A DNA stretch of 64,000 nucleotides, taken from positions 32,001 through 96,000 of IMG/VR virus record IMGVR_UViG_3300044656_000027. One strand, written 5' to 3'. The stretch comes from a virus (lineage: Duplodnaviria > Caudoviricetes). A program made the position numbers and the translations under genes. Shown here piece by piece: positions 41,159 to 47,709 of the stretch (position 1 is its first letter; each line of letters begins with the position of its first letter). The notes beneath the pieces are model-generated. The model was not told the origin of the DNA. It searched no databases and worked only from the letters and a program-made list of their open reading frames with translations.

Positions 41159-41188
41159 ATTGTAGCATAGTTTAGATTCTAGTGTAAA
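41159..41188 (-). promoter_or_regulatory. leaderless promoter of HNH gene
   Basis: TTTACA-N18-TACAAT with extended TG, 7 nt to ATG. Confidence 0.55.
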
Positions 41189-41219
41189 AGAAAACCCCTG
41201 TCAAGAGACAGAGGCTTTC
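41186..41219 (-). terminator. terminator at 3' end of tRNA array
   Basis: AAAGCCTCTGTC...GACAGGGGTTTTCTTTT. Confidence 0.65.
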
Positions 41220-41226
41220 AGTGGAG

Positions 41227-41308
41227 TGGGTAGAGAGGGACTTGAACCCCCAGATCCGAAGAACGGGTTTTACAGACCCGCGCGCTACCAATTACGCTTT
41301 ACCTACCC
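41227..41308 (-). tRNA. tRNA-Tyr(GTA)
   Basis: Cloverleaf; CGGGT-CTGTAAA-ACCCG; long variable arm. Confidence 0.9.
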
Positions 41309-41309
41309 A

Positions 41310-41384
41310 TGGGGTGACCAACGGGGATCGAACCCGCGATACTTGAGTCACAGTCAAGCGTGTTACCGCTACACCATGGCCACC
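41310..41384 (-). tRNA. tRNA-His(GTG), G-1 and CCA encoded
   Basis: CTTGA-CTGTGAC-TCAAG. Confidence 0.92.
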
Positions 41385-41393
41385 ATGTGAAAG

Positions 41394-41464
41394 AGGGAAG
41401 CTAGGGACTCGAACCCTAAATGGCGGGGACACAATCCGCTATGTTACCGTTACATTAGCGACCC
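41394..41464 (-). tRNA. degenerate tRNA-like gene, GTG anticodon
   Basis: D and T arms intact; two acceptor mismatches; loop TTGTGTC. Confidence 0.55.
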
Positions 41465-41470
41465 ATAGAC

Positions 41471-41500
41471 ACTATATCGGATTGGAACAGTAAGTGTCAA
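41471..41500 (-). promoter_or_regulatory. internal tRNA-array promoter
   Basis: TTGACA-N18-TATAGT just upstream of 41464. Confidence 0.6.
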
Positions 41501-41501
41501 G

Positions 41502-41573
41502 TACGAACACCAAGAATTGAACTTGAAATTAGACTTTATCAGAGTCTCGTGATAACCGTTTCACCATGCTCGC
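41502..41573 (-). tRNA. tRNA-Ile(GAT)
   Basis: AGACT-CTGATAA-AGTCT. Confidence 0.85.
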
Positions 41574-41578
41574 ATTAT

Positions 41579-41887
41579 TTAAATATCCTCTAGCATGCGC
41601 TTAATGAAGCTCTTTGGCTTAGCTCCAACTGCATACTTAATGATACTGCCTTCGCGGAACAAAAGCAAGGTTGGTATAGATGAGATGTCGTACTTCTTAG
41701 TGAGGTTAGGATTCTCATCTGCGTTTACCTTGATGACCTTGAGCCAGTCGTTCTCTTCTGAGATAGACTCTAGCACAGGTGCCATCATCTTGCAAGGACC
41801 ACACCACTCAGCCCAGAAGTCAACTAATACGTACTTGTTATCAGCAATTACTGAATCGAATGTTATTTCTGATACTGCCTGCATCAT
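41579..41887 (-). CDS. trxA: thioredoxin
   Basis: LVDFWAEWCGPCK...SIPTL. Confidence 0.95.
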   Translation of the reverse strand: MMQAVSEITFDSVIADNKYVLVDFWAEWCGPCKMMAPVLESISEENDWLKVIKVNADENPNLTKKYDISSIPTLLLFREGSIIKYAVGAKPKSFIKRMLEDI

Positions 41888-41899
41888 CTCTCCTTTACG

Positions 41900-41972
41900 T
41901 AGGGCATAGAGGAATTGAACCTCTTATCGTTGGGATATAAGCCCACTGCATCGACCGTTATGCTAATGCCCC
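41900..41972 (-). tRNA. tRNA-Ile(TAT)
   Basis: TGGG-CTTATAT-CCCA; acceptor GGGGCAT/ATGCCCT. Confidence 0.8.
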
Positions 41973-42084
41973 AAAGCCCTGTCGCACATTCTCCGACTCT
42001 CTATGTAACCTCATTCGGACTACTGTGAGACTTCTCTACTAACCCTCGTTACACAGGGTGTTTGATGGCTCGGACTAGCCAAAG

Positions 42085-42168
42085 CGGAGGATGAGGGATT
42101 CGAACCCCCACGGCTTTTACACCGTATTGTTTTCAAGACAACTCCACGCCACCGATGTTAGATCCTCC
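42085..42168 (-). tRNA. tRNA-Ser(TGA)
   Basis: GTTGT-CTTGAAA-ACAAT; long variable arm; weak D arm. Confidence 0.8.
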
Positions 42169-42214
42169 ATGTGATAAGCCTTTTGGTTAGTAGGGCGCTT
42201 ATCTAATCCCTAAG

Positions 42215-42302
42215 CGGAGATAGAGGGATTCGAACCCTCGGGGCGATTTGAATACCCGCTGCCTTTCCAAGACAGTGCACTAGACCTCTATGCGATATCT
42301 CC
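42215..42302 (-). tRNA. tRNA-Ser(GGA)
   Basis: CTGTC-TTGGAAA-GGCAG; long variable arm. Confidence 0.88.
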
Positions 42303-42311
42303 ATTATTTAA

Positions 42312-42416
42312 TTAGCGTGGATCAGGATTCTTTGTTCCACACTTTGGGCAATACAGATTTCTCTTATCAGAAGGCATATAGCACTTTGGACAATAGAAGA
42401 TACTTCCACCAGACAT
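42312..42416 (-). CDS. 34-aa zinc-ribbon microprotein
   Basis: MSGGSIFYCPKCYMPSDKRNLYCPKCGTKNPDPR; TAATG-coupled. Confidence 0.75.
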   Translation of the reverse strand: MSGGSIFYCPKCYMPSDKRNLYCPKCGTKNPDPR

Positions 42417-42499
42417 TATCGTGCCACCTTGCAGTTATAGCAGTGACCGTACTTGTCCATGTTGATGTGACCACAATACTTACACTTCCAAAAGCTCAC
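42416..42499 (-). CDS. 27-aa RanBP2-type zinc-finger microprotein
   Basis: MSFWKCKYCGHINMDKYGHCYNCKVAR; GTGA-coupled. Confidence 0.75.
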   Translation of the reverse strand: MSFWKCKYCGHINMDKYGHCYNCKVAR

Positions 42500-42588
42500 T
42501 TTGGCTTACCCTTCATCCATCGACAGTGCCAGCACTTTGCTTTTGCTTCATTGTTGTACGAGCCGCAGTTATTGCATTTCCAACCCAT
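42496..42588 (-). CDS. 30-aa RanBP2-type zinc-finger microprotein
   Basis: MGWKCNNCGSYNNEAKAKCWHCRWMKGKPK; GGAGG RBS. Confidence 0.8.
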   Translation of the reverse strand: MGWKCNNCGSYNNEAKAKCWHCRWMKGKPK

Positions 42589-42601
42589 AATATCCTCCAA
42601 G

Positions 42602-42681
42602 CGGAAGGAGGAGGATTCGAACCCCCAGCTATTCACTGAACGGTTTAGCAAACCGTCTGCCAGACCCCTGACTCACCTTCC
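42602..42681 (-). tRNA. tRNA-Ser(GCT)
   Basis: ACGGT-TTGCTAA-ACCGT. Confidence 0.82.
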
Positions 42682-42685
42682 AAAG

Positions 42686-42762
42686 AGCGCAGCAGGAGAA
42701 TCGAACTCCAAACCAATCGCTTTGCAGGCGATCCCCAGACCATCCGAGTTAGGACACTGCGC
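42686..42762 (-). tRNA. tRNA-Cys(GCA), atypical enlarged D region
   Basis: ATCGC-CTGCAAA-GCGAT; U73. Confidence 0.75.
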
Positions 42763-42767
42763 ATAAG

Positions 42768-42847
42768 TGGAGCTGCGGGGATTCGAACCCCGGTGCTGAT
42801 AACTTCCGACATGCGGTTTTAATCACCAGACGAAACCAACCAGCCCC
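42768..42847 (-). ncRNA. mini-tmRNA: tRNA-like domain only
   Basis: GGGGCTG-GTTGGTTTCGTC 5' end, G3:U70, A73, canonical T arm, short helix 2 capped by GCATGTCG; no tag reading frame. Confidence 0.75.
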
Positions 42848-42944
42848 ATTGTGTCTGGCCTCATACGGGCTATTACCAGACTTGAAGTGCCCAGAGCCCG
42901 CACTTAGGGCTACTGTCCCGTAAAGGAATCTCGTCAGATTCCAG

Positions 42945-43015
42945 TACCCAGTGAGGGAATCGAACCCCCGCATGTGGTGTGTAAAACCACTGGTCTCCCA
43001 TTAACCTAACCGGGC
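42945..43015 (-). tRNA. tRNA-Val(TAC)
   Basis: GTGGT-TTTACAC-ACCAC. Confidence 0.88.
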
Positions 43016-43047
43016 AGGTAGAAGAACCGAAGTTCTTCTAGTATAGC

Positions 43048-43254
43048 TTAACTGCGATAGGCGATAAAGTCAACCGGCACGCTTTCCTCAACTCCATCGT
43101 GCCATCTGACATCTACGCAAGTGGTTCCCATCCAGTCGTACTCAGGGCAAAGAGTAACGCCTGAGTGATTACGACGAGAACCATTCCTACCAACAACATT
43201 GATCCCTCGGAAGTTGGAAGGTGCTTCCTTCTTCTTACGACCAAACAGACCCAC
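43048..43254 (-). CDS. hypothetical protein
   Basis: 68 aa, GGGGG RBS, GTG start. Confidence 0.65.
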   Translation of the reverse strand: MGLFGRKKKEAPSNFRGINVVGRNGSRRNHSGVTLCPEYDWMGTTCVDVRWHDGVEESVPVDFIAYRS

Positions 43255-43286
43255 TGTGTTCCCCTTCGTTAGTTGGTGTGTCTATC

Positions 43287-43565
43287 TTAGACCAGGTAGG
43301 ACCAAGTGTCAACACTACCGTCAGTGCGCTTGAGGCTAATGGATCGATTGACCTCACCCTCCTCAAACGTCCAAGCCATCAGACGCAGGTGGTACTCAGT
43401 GTCAAGGTGCTGGGGAAGACCCATCTCCTCAAGCTCACACAGAGCCTCCATCGTCTTAGCCACGTTGTAAGCGGCAACGGCAAAGCTCTCAACAGGAACC
43501 GTAGAGCTCTTCTTAAAGCCGTCCTTGGACTCGACATCAATAGTGAGTGTAGCCATTTTGTGCAT
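43287..43565 (-). CDS. hypothetical protein
   Basis: 92-aa ORF between tRNAs. Confidence 0.65.
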   Translation of the reverse strand: MHKMATLTIDVESKDGFKKSSTVPVESFAVAAYNVAKTMEALCELEEMGLPQHLDTEYHLRLMAWTFEEGEVNRSISLKRTDGSVDTWSYLV

Positions 43566-43587
43566 CCCTTCGATTGATACTATGACG

Positions 43588-43660
43588 TACCCTAGACAGG
43601 ATTCGAACCTGCATTGAACAGCTTAGAAGGCTGGTGAGTTATCCGTTACTCTACTAGGGC
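43588..43660 (-). tRNA. tRNA-Arg(TCT)
   Basis: CAGC-CTTCTAA-GCTG. Confidence 0.88.
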
Positions 43661-43687
43661 AAGAGGGACCGAAGTCCCGGATACTGC

Positions 43688-44242
43688 TTAGTCCCACCAC
43701 ATAGCCTTAGCATATAGTGGATTCTCTTCTATGTCAACGTCCCACCAGTTATCAACCTCAGCCCAACGCCAGATCGTTCCCCAGTCGTCGTATCCATTAG
43801 GTACTTCGATAGCAGAATTTGGATCAGTGTCAGCATGGTGTCCCATGTAGTTAATAGCCTGCTTGAGTTGCTGCTTGACGTTGTGTCTGCGAGCCTGACT
43901 TACAGCCTTCTTAGCGCCGTGTCGTGGCCAACCGTAGCCTATATCAGTTGCGTAGTATTTGCAACCATCACGCCAACGATTGTGCGTATGTGTCATTGGC
44001 TCATCAATATTACAAGGAACTTCCTCAGTCCAACGATCCCAGACGTGAACGGATTCTTGACGCTCTGGAATCTTGTAGTAACGCATTTCATCCCAATCCC
44101 AAACATACTTGGAAGGGATGGTAGTTACATCCGTACGAACATACTCTCTTCGATGACGCAGATGATTATGGACAGCCTCACGGCGTTCCTTAGAGTCATT
44201 AGAGCGAACCCAGTAAGGACGATCCTTGCGAGTGCGGGACAT
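43688..44242 (-). CDS. hypothetical basic protein (MSRT-x-K N-terminus)
   Basis: 184 aa, AAGGAG RBS. Confidence 0.75.
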   Translation of the reverse strand: MSRTRKDRPYWVRSNDSKERREAVHNHLRHRREYVRTDVTTIPSKYVWDWDEMRYYKIPERQESVHVWDRWTEEVPCNIDEPMTHTHNRWRDGCKYYATDIGYGWPRHGAKKAVSQARRHNVKQQLKQAINYMGHHADTDPNSAIEVPNGYDDWGTIWRWAEVDNWWDVDIEENPLYAKAMWWD

Positions 44243-44353
44243 ATTTACTCCCTTGTTAGTGCTAAAGCAAATGCCAGTATTTAGAGGAACTGGCTGGCCT
44301 CCCGTTCATTGAGACTTTCTAGGGTGTGTTTCAGAACGGCTTAGATATCCCTG

Positions 44354-44429
44354 CACGGATGACAGGAGTTGAACCTGCATGTGTCCTTTAACCTTTCTAC
44401 GCGTTCGTAGCGCGAGGGTATACATCCGC
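44354..44429 (-). tRNA. atypical rewired tRNA-Arg(ACG)-like RNA
   Basis: Acceptor GCGGATG/CATCCGT and T arm intact, no D arm; CGCG-CTACGAA-CGCG hairpin followed by long linker with TAAAGG. Confidence 0.65.
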
Positions 44430-44840
44430 ATTAAGTTGCCACCAATTAAACTGTCTGGCAGTTCTGTATCTGTGACATTTGACACAACGAATATCGCACT
44501 TAGCGATCTCAGTTTGTAAAACTTCTAAACTAAGCTTTCGCTTAATACCATCCGCTATATTAAAACTTTTGGTTTCTGGATCTCGATGATCAAAGTCCAG
44601 AAGGACTATATCAGACTCGCCACAATCTATACAGGGATTCTGATCATAGTAATTTACTAAGTAAGTTCTAACCTTTACTAGGTACTTCTCATCATTACGC
44701 CGTGCCTTAGCCAAGTAGCTTTGCTTATTAGCTTGATAATGCTCACGAGTATACTTACGATGACAAGGCTTACACATTGCACTCTTAGTTGCGAACTCTT
44801 CTTTGGCCAACTCTTGGTTGCACCTACTACATGTTTTCAT
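44397..44840 (-). CDS. HNH homing endonuclease
   Basis: CSRC...CKPC; CIDCGE.D...LDFDH.D....EIAKCDIRC..CHR. Confidence 0.88.
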   Translation of the reverse strand: MKTCSRCNQELAKEEFATKSAMCKPCHRKYTREHYQANKQSYLAKARRNDEKYLVKVRTYLVNYYDQNPCIDCGESDIVLLDFDHRDPETKSFNIADGIKRKLSLEVLQTEIAKCDIRCVKCHRYRTARQFNWWQLNADVYPRATNA

Positions 44841-44860
44841 GCTACTAATTATAGCATAGG

Positions 44861-44898
44861 TTCGTAGGCAAGTGCTCTATCCGTTGAGCTATAGCACC
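44861..44898 (-). pseudogene. 5' half of conventional tRNA-Arg(ACG), truncated after the anticodon loop
   Basis: GGTGCTATAGCTCAACGGATAGAGCACTTGCCTACGAA then unrelated HNH promoter sequence. Confidence 0.75.
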
Positions 44899-44906
44899 AT
44901 ACTTTG

Positions 44907-45410
44907 TTACTTCTTTAAACTTAGCAGATAATCTCTTATAGCACCAGGACTTGTCAAGTATGCTGGCTTGTTAGACAGCTTGGAACCCGCCAAATCGTAA
45001 TCCTCAGCACAGAGTTGAGAGCAGATCAAGTGCTTGCTGTTAAGAACTCTAGCAGAGATCCAAGGAAGAGGCAAGTGCAGTCTCTTCGTGAAAATCGCAA
45101 AGTAATCCAGGAAACTGTATGGTGTGCCAATCTGATTGGTTGCTAGAGTAACGATAGTCACTCTTTGCTGAGCTGTCAAATCAATCAGACCAGAGGACCA
45201 CAGGATCTCTCGTCCATCGTACTTCGACAAGTTAGTTCTGATAGCACCACCAGGTTGAGCTTCTACGATCTCACCATTACCAATGTAAATGAAGGCATGC
45301 TCATAGTTGGAGAAGCCATCTCCGTTAAGCCACTGGCCTAAGCGAATCAGCTTGCCCACAGTACCGTTGATACTTACTAAGCCTACATCACCTGGTAATA
45401 GTTCCGCCAC
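44907..45410 (-). CDS. permuted papain-like NlpC/P60 (YiiX/YaeF-like) amidase
   Basis: PGD...HAFIY.GNG.IVEA...IGTPY...ICSQL. Confidence 0.82.
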   Translation of the reverse strand: MAELLPGDVGLVSINGTVGKLIRLGQWLNGDGFSNYEHAFIYIGNGEIVEAQPGGAIRTNLSKYDGREILWSSGLIDLTAQQRVTIVTLATNQIGTPYSFLDYFAIFTKRLHLPLPWISARVLNSKHLICSQLCAEDYDLAGSKLSNKPAYLTSPGAIRDYLLSLKK

Positions 45411-45540
45411 TACACTTCTCCTTGTGCTTAAAGAATGCTTTCTCTGCTTCACCCTCAGAGTCAAATGGACCCTCAGAATGCCTACCAGTAGCGCACTCGT
45501 GAGTAAACTTCCACTTACCTGGTCTATGTTGAATGACCAT
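45388..45540 (-). CDS. 50-aa hypothetical protein
   Basis: MVIQHRPGKW..., GGAGG RBS right after tRNA-Lys. Confidence 0.6.
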   Translation of the reverse strand: MVIQHRPGKWKFTHECATGRHSEGPFDSEGEAEKAFFKHKEKCSGGTITR

Positions 45541-45555
45541 CTTTCCTCCTTTACG

Positions 45556-45628
45556 TACCCCCAGTGGGACTCGAACCCACACCACGCGGATTAAAAGTCC
45601 GCTGCATTAACCGTTGTGCTATAGGGGC
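45556..45628 (-). tRNA. tRNA-Lys(TTT)
   Basis: GCGGA-CTTTTAA-TCCGC. Confidence 0.92.
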
Positions 45629-45652
45629 ATAGGGCCGAAGCCCTCTTTCGAA

Positions 45653-46087
45653 TTACTTACCAGTGCCAGCCTGAGCAGTAATGGTAGGAATACCACCCTG
45701 ACCAGAAGGAACGTAAACAACAGTGTTGTTCTTGCCAGACTCAGCGATACGCTCAAGAGCCTGAGTCATCTCGTACTGAACGTAGATGGGAGTCAGAGTC
45801 TTAGCGATCTCATCCTGAGCCTCACGGACACCAATGGCGTCCTGGAGACGAATCTCAGCCTGCTGCTTAGCAATCTGAACTCGCTGCGCCTGATTCTGGA
45901 TCTCAATGTTAGAGACCTCAACCTGGTTATTCGCAGCAATAATATTCGCCTGAGCCTTGTTCTTAGCATCCTGGATATTCTGGTATCGACCAAAAGCCTG
46001 GAAACCCGCAATGGCACCCATGAAGATACCGATTACAAGAGCCAGACCAAGAATCGCAGCAACACCCTTGCCCAGAATCTCAGACAT
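45653..46087 (-). CDS. membrane-anchored coiled-coil protein (SPFH/band-7 C-terminal-like)
   Basis: N-terminal TM, AEIR..AIG..AQ..I..TLTP.Y.QY...VVYVP...GIP. Confidence 0.7.
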   Translation of the reverse strand: MSEILGKGVAAILGLALVIGIFMGAIAGFQAFGRYQNIQDAKNKAQANIIAANNQVEVSNIEIQNQAQRVQIAKQQAEIRLQDAIGVREAQDEIAKTLTPIYVQYEMTQALERIAESGKNNTVVYVPSGQGGIPTITAQAGTGK

Positions 46088-46136
46088 TTAGTTATTCTCC
46101 TTCTTAATACTCCGAGTACCGATCTAATGATCGGAG

Positions 46137-46210
46137 AGCCCACTATGGGATTCGAACCCATGACCTCTTCATTACCAATGAAGTGCTCTGCCAGGCTGAG
46201 CTAAGAGGGC
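46137..46210 (-). tRNA. tRNA-Thr(GGT)
   Basis: CTTCA-TTGGTAA-TGAAG. Confidence 0.92.
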
Positions 46211-46317
46211 AAAACAAGATTGAGATCGGGACGCCGAACTTGTCACTTCCCAGCGATACTGCCTGCATACAGTTCAATCTCTGGAACTCATCTAAGCGCT
46301 TAGAGTGTTGTTCGTTG

Positions 46318-46389
46318 TACTCCGCCAGGGACTTGAACCCTGATCCATGGATTAAGAGTCCATTGCATCACCATTAATGCTTGCGAAGC
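46318..46389 (-). tRNA. tRNA-Lys(CTT)
   Basis: ATGGA-CTCTTAA-TCCAT. Confidence 0.88.
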
Positions 46390-46418
46390 ATAAGGCTCCT
46401 ATTGGAGCCCGTTTTACG

Positions 46419-46724
46419 TTACTTACCAAAGAGCCAACGTGCAAGACCCTTTGTCTCTCGATAAGGCTCGTTCTCCTGGTATCCTCCACCGAAAGTGCTC
46501 TCATACGCAAGACGCTCAGCAGAAACCTGTGCGTGACCCTCAGGAGTTAAAGGGGTACCACGAGAGAACTCCTTGCGCATACCGTCCTTGGAGGTATACT
46601 CGTTCACCTTGAAGTTAGGTGCTGGAGTATCGGAACCATCGTCCTTAAGATACTTATCGTAATAAGCATCGTAATGAACTCCGAGCTTCTTCTGCTCCTT
46701 AGGCGTAAGCCACTTCTCAGGCAT
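46419..46724 (-). CDS. hypothetical protein
   Basis: 101 aa, GGAGG RBS. Confidence 0.7.
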   Translation of the reverse strand: MPEKWLTPKEQKKLGVHYDAYYDKYLKDDGSDTPAPNFKVNEYTSKDGMRKEFSRGTPLTPEGHAQVSAERLAYESTFGGGYQENEPYRETKGLARWLFGK

Positions 46725-46758
46725 AAGGTTTTGCCTCCCTTATATTGGTTATAAAACG

Positions 46759-46830
46759 TGGAGCCACGGGGAATCGAACCCCGAACTTCGGATTGCAAAA
46801 CCGATGTGTTTCCGTTAGCACCATGGCCCC
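46759..46830 (-). tRNA. tRNA-Ala(TGC)
   Basis: G3:U70; loop TTTGCAA. Confidence 0.9.
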
Positions 46831-46892
46831 AGTGTTCTCATCTAGTGTACCACACTCTAGATGAAATAAAAAGCCCAACTTAATGGGCTAAG

Positions 46893-46964
46893 CTCTCACA
46901 GCTGGATTCGAACCAACAACCTTGGAGTTAACAGCTCCCTGCTCTGCCATTGAGCTATGCGAGA
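46893..46964 (-). tRNA. tRNA-Asn(GTT)
   Basis: GGAG-CTGTTAA-CTCC. Confidence 0.9.
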
Positions 46965-47035
46965 ATAAGCCTCAACCACTAGGGAAGAGGTGGTGTATGT
47001 TGTTTATCTTAGCAAACTCTCGTTAGAGAGTCAAG

Positions 47036-47106
47036 CAGGCCACCCAGGAGTCGAACCCGGCCGAATTGGGTTGGAACCAATCATGCTTCCGATACATCAG
47101 TGGCCT
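47036..47106 (-). tRNA. tRNA-Trp(CCA)
   Basis: ATTGG-TTCCAAC-CCAAT. Confidence 0.88.
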
Positions 47107-47152
47107 ATATGGTTCCGTTGTTTCCCACGCACAACGGTTTCCTAAAAGCTCG

Positions 47153-47225
47153 TAGCGCCCGTCGGATTCGAACCGACACTGATTAGTTCCTAAGACTAAT
47201 GCCTCTGCCATTGGGCTAGAGCGCC
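47153..47225 (-). tRNA. tRNA-Leu(TAG), short variable arm
   Basis: TTAGT-CTTAGGA-ACTAA. Confidence 0.88.
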
Positions 47226-47265
47226 ATACGCACTCAGTGGCCAAAGCGGGTGAGTGCTTGTGTTA

Positions 47266-47709
47266 CTAGCTTATCAGATTATGAACGTAATGGGAAGCTT
47301 CATAGTCTGACGCTGATGCATTGTGGATGCCTCCGTGTCCTCTGTGGTGCTTAGCACACAGGAACATGAAGTTCTCTTCTGATTCTACCCAAGCGCCCAC
47401 TTCATTAGGATCAGAGATCCCAGGGAAGTCCTGCTCTAGGTACTTCAAGTCTACACCCTGCTGCATGCTGAATTCAACATGGCTGTGGTGTAGCTCCAGA
47501 CCTCCAGCACACTCGGAAGTATCTCCGCCACGACGTAATGCGAATTCGCATACAGCGTCCTTGACGTGAGTCTTACGATAGTGCTCAAAGTCACGATAAT
47601 GTGGATCATCCTTTCTAGCTGGATGAGCCGGAAATGCTACTGTGTAATGCTTAGTTTCAGCTTGTGTATGCGCTTCTACTACCTTACCCATACTGGCCCT
47701 ATCTGTCAA
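47266..47709 (-). CDS. hypothetical protein with HNH-like Cys/His pattern
   Basis: C...C...LELHH...N...LCAKHH.....IH. Confidence 0.65.
   Translation of the reverse strand: MTDRASMGKVVEAHTQAETKHYTVAFPAHPARKDDPHYRDFEHYRKTHVKDAVCEFALRRGGDTSECAGGLELHHSHVEFSMQQGVDLKYLEQDFPGISDPNEVGAWVESEENFMFLCAKHHRGHGGIHNASASDYEASHYVHNLIS

Noticed and set aside
42849-42942. Hammerhead, pistol, twister or HDV/theta ribozyme
   Set aside because: Fragments (CTGACGAG, GCCCTAAG, TAAT..GAGG) occur, but partner elements (GAAA, UUAGGGC loop, P4, P3/L3) are missing
42768-42942. Full-length or circularly permuted two-piece tmRNA
   Set aside because: 5' and 3' acceptor strands are collinear in 80 nt, and no tag frame ending in an AA-type motif was found nearby
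44354-44898. tRNA-Arg split by an HNH-containing intron
   Set aside because: Joining the 5' half (GGTGCTA...CTTGC) to the downstream part gives no acceptor or anticodon stem pairing; the downstream RNA has its own 5' strand; no group I core seen
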